Source: Brevibacillus fluminis (lineage in GTDB: Bacteria > Bacillota > Bacilli > Brevibacillales > Brevibacillaceae). Taken from it: a stretch of 32,000 nt of DNA. Below, piece after piece: positions 25,797 to 32,000 of this stretch (its first letter is position 1; each line of letters starts with the position of its first letter). The DNA is taken from contig NZ_RHHQ01000007.1 of NCBI RefSeq assembly GCF_003710825.1, forward strand, positions 391,903-423,902, read 5' to 3'. The translations under genes and the position numbers were made by a program. A model generated the notes under the pieces. It saw only the letters and a program-made list of their open reading frames with translations. It was not told the origin of the DNA and did not search any database.

Positions 25797-26591
25797 TTGG
25801 GTATTGCAATTGTAGTAACATCGGGAAAAGGCGGGGTGGGCAAGACAACGACCTCAGCCAATCTGGGAACTGCACTTGCCATGAACGGTCAAAAAGTCTG
25901 CATGGTGGATACTGACATCGGATTGCGTAACCTCGACGTTGTGATGGGCTTGGAAAACCGAATCATTTACAATCTGGTAGATGTTATTGAGGGCGAATGC
26001 CGTCTGCAGCAGGCTTTGATCAAGGATAAGCGAGTAGAAACGCTTGCGCTATTGCCAGCTGCACAGACAAAAGATAAAACAGCCGTCACACCTGACCAAA
26101 TGGAGAAGGTAATCAGCGAGCTGAAGGAAGAATTCGATTATGTTGTGATTGACTGTCCAGCTGGTATTGAGCAAGGGTTCCGCAACGCGGTAGCCGGTGC
26201 AGATCAGGCGATTGTGGTCACTACTCCGGAAAAAGCGGCGGTTCGCGATGCTGACCGCATTGTCGGCTTGCTGGAGCGGGAAAAAGTGGGGATGCCGAAG
26301 CTCATCATCAATCGGGTTCGCCAGCACATGGTGAAAAATGGCGACATGCTTGAAGTCGAGGATATTTTGGATTTGCTAGCCATTGACTTGATCGGGGTTG
26401 TCCCTGATGATGATTATGTAATCAAGTCGGCCAACATGGGGGAACCTACCGTGCTGAGCCATGAATCACGCGCTTCGCTTGCGTACCGCAACATTGCCCG
26501 TCGGTTGCTGGGAGAATCGGTTCCGCTTATGCAGCTTGACCAAAAAAGCGGCATGCTGACCAAGATGCGCAAATTTTTCGGATTGGGCTAA
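25797..26591 (+). CDS. minD: septum site-determining ATPase MinD
   Basis: TTG start 6 nt after AAAGTGGGGA. (M)GIAIVVTSGKGGVGKTTTSANLG contains the deviant Walker A. C-terminal amphipathic helix KMRKFFGLG. Confidence 0.95.
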   Translation: MGIAIVVTSGKGGVGKTTTSANLGTALAMNGQKVCMVDTDIGLRNLDVVMGLENRIIYNLVDVIEGECRLQQALIKDKRVETLALLPAAQTKDKTAVTPDQMEKVISELKEEFDYVVIDCPAGIEQGFRNAVAGADQAIVVTTPEKAAVRDADRIVGLLEREKVGMPKLIINRVRQHMVKNGDMLEVEDILDLLAIDLIGVVPDDDYVIKSANMGEPTVLSHESRASLAYRNIARRLLGESVPLMQLDQKSGMLTKMRKFFGLG

Positions 26592-26627
26592 AACAAAGAA
26601 GGCTCTCGCACTTTGAGCTTCCTATCA

Positions 26628-26659
26628 GAGACAGGGGAATACCCTGTTTCTATATTTTT
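26628..26659 (+). terminator. possible intrinsic terminator/attenuator between minD and rodA
   Basis: ACAGGG-gaata-CCCTGT (extendable with a G-T and an A-T pair), followed by TTCTATATTTTT. Confidence 0.45.
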
Positions 26660-26673
26660 GTAGGGGGAGAAAC

Positions 26674-27801
26674 ATGGACTTGGAAAAAAGACTATGGAAA
26701 GAGCTGGACTGGACGGTCCTGCTGATTCTCCTTGGTCTAGGCGCATTCAGTTACTTAGGCATCTCAGGGTCGGCAGCAGGCGTCGATAAGGCGAACATGC
26801 AAGTAATTTGGTATTTGTCAGGATACGTCGTGCTGTTCGCGATGTTGCTTTTTGACTACCGCGTTTTCTATACGCTTGCTTTTCCTTTCTATGCGGTGGG
26901 GATCATCATGTTGATCGGGGTCTTTTGGACGACGCCTATCAACAACACGACGAGTTGGTACAATTTAGGACCCGTGCTGCTACAGCCGGCAGAACCGATG
27001 AAGCTGTTCACGATTTTGGCTGTGGCGCGGCTGTTGGCCAAACAATCGGAGAATCCGGACCGTTTCCGCTATTTTTACCAGCTGATCCCTCCTGCAATGA
27101 TGATCGGTGTTCCGACGCTTTTGATCTTGGTTCAGCCCGATCTGGGGAATGCGACGGTCTACTTGGGAATCGCGGCCACGATGCTGGTTGTCGGTGGGAT
27201 TCGCAAGCGGCACATCTTGTATCTGCTGACCTTGATGGGTGCTTTTGTCGGGGTCATGACCTACTTTTACATGTACCATCGGGATACAATTTTCTTTAAA
27301 ATCTTCAAGCCTTACCAGTGGGACCGCATCGTCTACTGGCTGAATCCCGATCTGGATGCAGTGGGAAAAGGCTTTCAGCTGAAGCAAGCGCTGATTTCCA
27401 TTGGTTCCGGACAATTGATGGGAAAAGGTGTCCATACGGCAACGCAAGCCAGCTTCGGTTGGGTTCCGGTAGGGGAGAGCGACTTCATCTTTACGGTCGT
27501 TGCGGAGAAGACAGGGTTTATCGGCGGGGGGATTTTGATGATCCTGTACTTTTTCCTCGTCTATCGTCTGATCCAGATCGCGATGCAGGTGAAGGACCCA
27601 TTCGGCTCCTATGTTGTCTCCGGCGTCGTCGGGATGCTGACCTTCCAAATATTCGAGAATATCGGGATGACCATTCAGCTGATGCCGATTACGGGTATTA
27701 CGCTGCCGTTTATCAGTTACGGGGGAAGCTCGTTGATCACGAACTTTATGATCCTCGCCGTCGTGCTGAATATTGGTATGAGAAAGAAGTATGGCAGGTA
27801 A
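26674..27801 (+). CDS. rodA: SEDS-family peptidoglycan polymerase RodA (FtsW/RodA/SpoVE family)
   Basis: 375-aa polytopic protein. Contains QPAEPMKL, QLKQALISIGSGQLMGKG and LPFISYGGSS motifs. It is linked to the mre/min genes. Confidence 0.9.
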   Translation: MDLEKRLWKELDWTVLLILLGLGAFSYLGISGSAAGVDKANMQVIWYLSGYVVLFAMLLFDYRVFYTLAFPFYAVGIIMLIGVFWTTPINNTTSWYNLGPVLLQPAEPMKLFTILAVARLLAKQSENPDRFRYFYQLIPPAMMIGVPTLLILVQPDLGNATVYLGIAATMLVVGGIRKRHILYLLTLMGAFVGVMTYFYMYHRDTIFFKIFKPYQWDRIVYWLNPDLDAVGKGFQLKQALISIGSGQLMGKGVHTATQASFGWVPVGESDFIFTVVAEKTGFIGGGILMILYFFLVYRLIQIAMQVKDPFGSYVVSGVVGMLTFQIFENIGMTIQLMPITGITLPFISYGGSSLITNFMILAVVLNIGMRKKYGR

Positions 27802-27829
27802 CAAGTTTGTGCAATCGCCTTCAAAAAGC

Positions 27830-27858
27830 GTGACAAACCCAGATAAGTATGGTAAACT
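27830..27858 (+). promoter_or_regulatory. candidate sigma-A promoter (extended -10) for the cold-shock gene
   Basis: GTGACA, a 17-nt spacer, then TGgTAAACT. This would give a ~190-nt 5' UTR. Confidence 0.4.
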
Positions 27859-27914
27859 CTGTTTAAGTTAACCATTTTACTGACCTAAAAGTGATTTGAT
27901 GATTGGATGATAGT

Positions 27915-27970
27915 CGTACCTTATGAGATGCGTCACCATGTGGTCAAATCTCATTTGGTACGGCTTTTTT
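27915..27970 (+). terminator. terminator-like hairpin: either the rodA terminator or an attenuator in the csp leader
   Basis: CGTACC-tt-ATGAGAT-(18-nt loop)-ATCTCAT-tt-GGTACG, followed by GCTTTTTT. Confidence 0.5.
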
Positions 27971-28053
27971 CGTACATGAAAGAGCGCTTTAGTAAATTAG
28001 GTTAACGCAACTTAACGCCTCAAATAGGCGTGATTTTTGGGAGGTAATTCTTC

Positions 28054-28254
28054 ATGCAACAAGGTACAGTAAAATGGTTCAATGCAGAAAAAGGCTTCGG
28101 CTTCATTCAAGTTGAAGGCGGAGAAGATGTATTCGTACACTACAGCGCGATCCAATCCGAAGGTTTCAAAACCCTCGAAGAAGGTCAAAAAGTTGAATTC
28201 GAAATCGTTCAAGGTAGCCGCGGTCCACAAGCTGCTAACGTTAACAAGCTGTAA
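28054..28254 (+). CDS. cold-shock protein (CspA family)
   Basis: [34 protein letters not shown] contains the RNP1 and RNP2 motifs. 66 aa. GGGAGG RBS. Confidence 0.95.
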   Translation: MQQGTVKWFNAEKGFGFIQVEGGEDVFVHYSAIQSEGFKTLEEGQKVEFEIVQGSRGPQAANVNKL

Positions 28255-28271
28255 GCTTTAATTGAACGATC

Positions 28272-28315
28272 AAAGCAGTTTCTCTTGAAAAAGGGAAACT
28301 GCTTTTTCTTTTTTT
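28272..28315 (+). terminator. intrinsic terminator of the csp gene
   Basis: AAA-GCAGTTTCTC-ttgaaaaa-GGGAAACTGC gives a 10-bp stem, followed by TTTTTCTTTTTTT. Confidence 0.8.
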
Positions 28316-28379
28316 CGCAGATGCTGAAGCGCAGCCCTGGACGATGCAGGATACGCGGCCGAAGGCGTGTCCAGACACG

Positions 28380-28408
28380 GCATATACGGGGGAGACAAGT
28401 CATACAAT
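28380..28408 (+). promoter_or_regulatory. sigma-E-type sporulation promoter upstream of spoIVFA-spoIVFB
   Basis: GCATATA, a 14-nt spacer, then CATACAAT. The B. subtilis sigma-E consensus as I recall it is kmATATT, about 14 nt, then CATACAmT. It lies 31 nt upstream of ATG 28439. Confidence 0.5.
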
Positions 28409-28438
28409 GATACAAACGCTTGCCCCGGAGGGACGCCT

Positions 28439-29239
28439 ATGTTCAATGAGGTAGACCGTGTTAAAGAGCGGAGACGGGAGCGCATCGAAAAAATCCGCAT
28501 GCAGCAGCCGCGGGATGGGATGCCCCCTCATTTTCATGAGTTGAATGATCCGATTGAGGAGAGTTTTCGGCCAAGCCTGTATCCTGTAAGCAACCGTGTG
28601 GAAGAGGAGAAGGACGAGACGCTGCGCATGCCGCCGCAGGACAGGCTTGGCTTGCAGACGTTTGGTTCTCTCCTGTTAATCGGCGTAGCCTATTTGGTGT
28701 TCCAATCCAATGTCGTGTTGCCGACCGGATGGAAGGAGACGGCGAAGGAGGTCATGACGCGCGATTATAACTTTGAAACCGTCGCGAACTGGTATCAAAG
28801 CGCGTTTGGCAAGCTTCCGTCCGTGTTGCCGGCGTTTGCCGGAAAAGATGCAGCTGTGCCTGCCCAAACCAATGTTCAGACGCAGAAATGGACGGCACCT
28901 GCAACGTGGAAGGTCGTACAGCCGTTCACTAATGCAAACGGGCGTGTCGTTGTAAATGTAGGAGCCGACGGCAAGGTGCTGAATGCGGAGCAAGGGTGGG
29001 TTACCTTTATCGGCGAAAAGCCAGGGCTGGGGTTTTCGGTTGTGGTACAGTACGCCAATCAGCGGGAAGTCTGGTTTAGCAACTTGGAGCAAGCAGCAGT
29101 CGCTCTCAACGATTGGGTGTATCCGGGCAGCACGATTGGAATTGTGAGAGCAAATGGGAACCAAGAGCGGCAAGCCGTGCTGGTGGCCAAGGAGGGAGAG
29201 AAATTCATTAATCCACTGGATGTGATTCCGATTGAGTAA
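28439..29239 (+). CDS. spoIVFA: SpoIVFA-like protein (degenerate LytM/M23 domain)
   Basis: ORF 28367..29239. ATG 28439 lies 5 nt after GGAGGG and downstream of the sigma-E-type promoter. There is one TM segment (FGSLLLIGVAYLVF). The C-terminal M23-like fold lacks the HxxxD/HxH residues. It lies immediately upstream of spoIVFB. The product is 266 aa. Confidence 0.75.
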   Translation: MFNEVDRVKERRRERIEKIRMQQPRDGMPPHFHELNDPIEESFRPSLYPVSNRVEEEKDETLRMPPQDRLGLQTFGSLLLIGVAYLVFQSNVVLPTGWKETAKEVMTRDYNFETVANWYQSAFGKLPSVLPAFAGKDAAVPAQTNVQTQKWTAPATWKVVQPFTNANGRVVVNVGADGKVLNAEQGWVTFIGEKPGLGFSVVVQYANQREVWFSNLEQAAVALNDWVYPGSTIGIVRANGNQERQAVLVAKEGEKFINPLDVIPIE

Positions 29240-30077
29240 TCTACAATTTCGCGGCATCAAGTTTCGCATCCATCTGCTCTTCTGGGGCGTCATCGCGTTA
29301 TCGCTCGCGGCTGGCTACTTCATTGAAACGATCACGCTTTTCGTGATCATTTTCATCCATGAGCTCGGACACATCGCGGTGGCCCGGGAGCTGGGCTGGA
29401 CAGTGAAAGAAGTGCAGTTCCTGCCATTCGGCGGTGTGGCGATTATGGAGGATGAGGCGGCCTCGGCCCCTTTGGATGAGATCGTAATAGCCTTGGCAGG
29501 GCCGTTTATGAATATCGTGATGATTTTTTTTTCACTTCTCTTTTGGCGGTTCGGCTGGTGGACGGAAGAGTGGACCCAGTTTTTCATGGTAAGCAACTGG
29601 CTGATCGCAGGGTTCAATCTGCTGCCGATCTGGCCGCTGGACGGGGGACGGATCGTGCAGGCGATCCTTTGCTTCTGGCTCCCTTTCCGGATGGCAGCGC
29701 TCGGGACGTTGGGCATGAGCGTGCTTCTTGCCGGTATCCTTTTGGGCAGCGGCCTATTTTTTCATCATATCAACAGCGTGGTGGTTGCGCTTTACTTGCT
29801 GTTTGTGAACATCGAGGCGTTTTTGCGATTTCCCTATCACTTTATTCGGTTTTTGATGGACAAGTACGCACGGCTGGAGGAAGAGGAACGCATGCATCCA
29901 GTTGCCGTTCATGGGGCGACATCAGTGGCAGGAGCTTGTCAGGAGCTTCGGCGTGGGTATCAGCATATGTTTATTGTCAAAGGGAAGTCAGGCGGCATTT
30001 TGACTGAAGAGCGTTTGTTGTATGCGCTGCTTGTGGAACGAAGGCATCAGCATCCAATATCTAGCTTGCTGACGTAA
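29232..30077 (+). CDS. spoIVFB: SpoIVFB site-2 (M50) intramembrane metalloprotease
   Basis: TTG start overlaps the end of spoIVFA by 8 nt. Contains HELGH, NLLPIWPLDGGR and a C-terminal CBS-like region. It is collinear with B. subtilis SpoIVFB. Confidence 0.85.
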   Translation: MSNLQFRGIKFRIHLLFWGVIALSLAAGYFIETITLFVIIFIHELGHIAVARELGWTVKEVQFLPFGGVAIMEDEAASAPLDEIVIALAGPFMNIVMIFFSLLFWRFGWWTEEWTQFFMVSNWLIAGFNLLPIWPLDGGRIVQAILCFWLPFRMAALGTLGMSVLLAGILLGSGLFFHHINSVVVALYLLFVNIEAFLRFPYHFIRFLMDKYARLEEEERMHPVAVHGATSVAGACQELRRGYQHMFIVKGKSGGILTEERLLYALLVERRHQHPISSLLT

Positions 30078-30168
30078 GGAGCCGCTTGCAGCAGGGTTGC
30101 AAGCCTACGGTCTTTCCTTGTATAACAGGGATAGGCCTTTTATTATGGATACTTCGGAGGCGGACAGT

Positions 30169-31650
30169 TTGAAGCGAATTTTGATTGAGGCGTACAACGG
30201 GAATGAGCGCATTGCCGTTTTGGAGAATGGACGACTCGCCGAGCTATACTTGGGAGCGGACGGGTCGGGACAAATTCTCGGCAACATTTATCGTGTTCGA
30301 ATTCAAAAAGTATTGCCTGCGATGCAAGCGGCATTCGTGGATGCCGGGCCGGAGGGCAATTTTTATTTGTATATCGACGATGCTTTGCCCCCAAGCTGGA
30401 AGGAAGAGCGCGGGACGCCCAAGCCGAACATCCGCGATTTGGTGCGTGAGGGAGAAGAGAGGATCGTGCAGGTATCCAAGGAAGCGGTGGGCAGCAAATC
30501 GCCCAGCGCTTCCTTGGACGTGGGGTTGCCCGGCCGGATGCTGGTGTATCAGCCTTTCGCAGGCGGTCAAATTTCGATCTCGCGAAAGCTAGACGATGAG
30601 AAAGAGCGGCTGCGCTTAAAGCAGGCTGTCACCCCCTTGCTTGCCGGCACGGAGGGCGTGATTTTGCGGACGCAGGCGGAAGGGGCGAGTGCGGAGGAGT
30701 TGGGCCAAGAGCTCGCATATTTGCGGAGCATTTGGACGGATGCGCTTGCAGATACGGCTGGAAAAAAAGTGCCTTGTCTCATCTACCAGGATGCCGATCC
30801 GCTGTTAAAAATGATCCGCGATACGGCATCCGCAGAGCTTGATGAGCTGGTCATCGGCGATTTTACCGTTTTTTCGCGAGTTAAACGATATGTGGCTGCT
30901 GTTTTTCCCGATATGCTCGAAAAGCTGTCGTTCTACCAAGGCAAGCAGCCGTTGTTTGACGTATCCAAAATCGACGACGAGCTGCATCGGGCCCTGCAGC
31001 GTGAAATCACGCTTCCGAGCGGAGGCTCGCTTGTGATCGACCAGACGGAGGCGATGACCGTCATCGACGTCAATACGGGCAAGTTTACAGGCAAAGCGTT
31101 TGGTGATCTGGAAGAGACAGTGACACGCACCAATCGGGAGGCGGCCAAAGAAATCGCCTACCAGCTGCGACTGCGTGACATCGGTGGGATCATCATCATC
31201 GATTTCATTGATATGAAAAAGGTGGCCAATCGCGAACGGGTTCAAGCGGAGCTGACTGCAGCGTTGGCGGCAGATCGTTCGCCCGGCAGCGTTTTGGGTT
31301 TCACCAAGCTAGGCTTGATGGAGATGACCCGCAAAAAGAGCCGGCAGACACTTTCGCACGCGCTTACAGTGCCATGCTCGCTTTGCAGTGGCAAAGGCAG
31401 GGTCTTGTCAGGGGGCGAGCTGCTGTATCAGCTGGAACGGGATTTGCAGCAGATGGTTCGCCTCAATGACATCGAGGCCGCAGTCATCGAGCTGCCTGCT
31501 GAACTGCACGAGCAAGCGAGAGAAATGGCAAAGCGCCTTTCCATCGAGCTGCTTCTTGGAACGCCGGACAGCCATCAGCCGGGCAGCTGTCAGATTCGTT
31601 ATGCGGGGAGTTTGGCCGAAGCACGTGCAAAAGCAGAGAGAATGAAATGA
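30169..31650 (+). CDS. rng: ribonuclease G/E family endoribonuclease
   Basis: ORF 30097..31650. The best start is TTG 30169, 8 nt after GGAGG, giving MKRILIEAYNGNERIAVLENGRLAELYL. An S1-like region (GNIYRVRIQKVLPAMQAAFVDAG) is followed by VIDVNTGKF and GGIIIIDFIDM motifs. An alternative ATG lies at 30145. Confidence 0.85.
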   Translation: MKRILIEAYNGNERIAVLENGRLAELYLGADGSGQILGNIYRVRIQKVLPAMQAAFVDAGPEGNFYLYIDDALPPSWKEERGTPKPNIRDLVREGEERIVQVSKEAVGSKSPSASLDVGLPGRMLVYQPFAGGQISISRKLDDEKERLRLKQAVTPLLAGTEGVILRTQAEGASAEELGQELAYLRSIWTDALADTAGKKVPCLIYQDADPLLKMIRDTASAELDELVIGDFTVFSRVKRYVAAVFPDMLEKLSFYQGKQPLFDVSKIDDELHRALQREITLPSGGSLVIDQTEAMTVIDVNTGKFTGKAFGDLEETVTRTNREAAKEIAYQLRLRDIGGIIIIDFIDMKKVANRERVQAELTAALAADRSPGSVLGFTKLGLMEMTRKKSRQTLSHALTVPCSLCSGKGRVLSGGELLYQLERDLQQMVRLNDIEAAVIELPAELHEQAREMAKRLSIELLLGTPDSHQPGSCQIRYAGSLAEARAKAERMK

Positions 31651-31660
31651 GACTGTGCTA

Positions 31661-31690
31661 TTGACGATAGGCTGCTAGCTATGCTATTCT
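31661..31690 (+). promoter_or_regulatory. candidate sigma-A promoter of the rplU operon
   Basis: TTGACG, an 18-nt spacer, then TGcTATTCT. Confidence 0.35.
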
Positions 31691-31825
31691 AATCTTTGTC
31701 ATGCAGATATGCTTGTCACCTCAAGCATGCTGTAACCGCACGAACCAGGTACATAAGCTGACCGTACCCGCTGGGAGCAGTCACACCTGTCATGGCGAGT
31801 CTTAGTATAGGGAGGTGCAATACAA
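31691..31825 (+). promoter_or_regulatory. structured 5' leader of rplU (candidate L21 ribosomal-protein leader)
   Basis: About 135 nt of untranslated leader with hairpins ATGCTTG-tcacct-CAAGCAT (31709-31728) and GGTAC...GTACC. Firmicutes are known to carry an L21 leader motif upstream of rplU-ysxB-rpmA. I have not aligned it to a covariance model. Confidence 0.4.
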
Positions 31826-32000
31826 ATGTACGCTATTATCGAAACTGGTGGCAAACAGTACAAAGTTGAAGAGGGCTCCGTTCTTTTCATCGAGAAACTG
31901 ACTGCAGGTGAAGGCGAAGCTGTTACTTTTGACAAAGTTTTGCTCGTGAGCAAAGACGGCAAAGTAACTGCAGGTGCTCCAACTGTAGCTGGCGCGACTG
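31826..32000 (+). CDS. rplU: 50S ribosomal protein L21, N-terminal part (runs off the right edge)
   Basis: ATG 31826 lies 8 nt after GGAGGTG. My translation reads [52 protein letters not shown]. Confidence 0.95.
   Translation, partial: MYAIIETGGKQYKVEEGSVLFIEKLTAGEGEAVTFDKVLLVSKDGKVTAGAPTVAGAT

Noticed and set aside
26980-29293. Minus-strand ORFs 26980..27804 (274 aa) and 28676..29293 (205 aa), and plus-strand alternative frames inside rodA.
   Set aside because: These are shadow frames of rodA and spoIVFA/B. They have no motifs and no translation signals.
17803-29532. Homopolymer tracts inside coding regions: A8 at 17803-17810 (SPOR gene) and T9 at 29524-29532 (spoIVFB, encoding IFFS).
   Set aside because: Both are in frame with intact full-length products. 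There is no sign of frameshift or phase-variable truncation in this sequence. They are only potential slippage sites.
698-30168. Upstream in-frame extensions offered by the ORF track (starts at 698, 4705, 5459, 11482, 12695, 14077, 18412, 19846, 28367, 30097).
   Set aside because: In each case an internal ATG or TTG has a properly spaced Shine-Dalgarno and matches the expected family N-terminus, for example a prepilin leader or [14 protein letters not shown] of MreB. The extension lacks an RBS or overlaps the upstream gene or promoter.
1-32000. Search for CRISPR arrays, transposases or integrases, tRNA or rRNA genes, and recognisable defence or toxin-antitoxin modules.
   Set aside because: I noticed no regularly spaced direct repeats, recombinase-like ORFs or cloverleaf-like sequences. 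Apart from the pilin 3' region and the intergenic spacers, composition looks uniform by eye.

Overview
This is a 32-kb chromosomal segment from an endospore-forming Firmicute with roughly 50% GC (a few hand-counted lines only). The gene order is Bacillales-like. A Brevibacillus/Paenibacillus-like origin is only an inference from gene order and sequence flavour. The window has three blocks. (i) 1-2.7 kb holds the 5' part of a MocR/PdxR-type regulator on the minus strand. It is absent from the ORF track because it runs off the window. Divergent from it are a thioredoxin-fold protein and an APC permease. (ii) 2.8-16.5 kb holds a complete Gram-positive type IV pilus locus. A minus-strand operon encodes three prepilin-like proteins: a PilV-like one, a canonical minor pilin, and a 607-aa PilX_N-type giant with a beta-helix-like C-terminus. 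Divergent from it is a plus-strand array: an acidic membrane ORFan, a VanW/YoaR-family protein, pilB, pilT, pilC, the major pilin, the prepilin peptidase, pilM, pilN and pilO. (iii) 16.6-32 kb holds the conserved cell-shape, division and sporulation neighbourhood. It reads: a SPOR-domain protein at the spoIIB position, DUF4321, maf, radC, mreB, mreC, mreD, a PBP2-type transpeptidase, minC, minD, rodA, a cold-shock protein, spoIVFA, spoIVFB, RNase G, the L21 leader and rplU (partial). I saw no rRNA, tRNA, CRISPR array, transposase or integrase. The most interesting items are listed here. The whole retractile pilus machine sits where B. subtilis has only comC, and it has unusual accessory genes (giant PilX-like protein, acidic ORFan, VanW protein). 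The variable part of the pilin gene is sharply AT-rich, which looks like a swapped cassette. The PBP2 head region contains an exact 48-aa-period fourfold tandem repeat. There are several candidate regulatory RNA/DNA elements: a sigma-E-type promoter for spoIVF, a terminator-like hairpin in the csp leader, and a C6/G5 hairpin over the SD of the spoIIB-like gene. All functional assignments come from reading the translations and motifs by eye. No database search was run.
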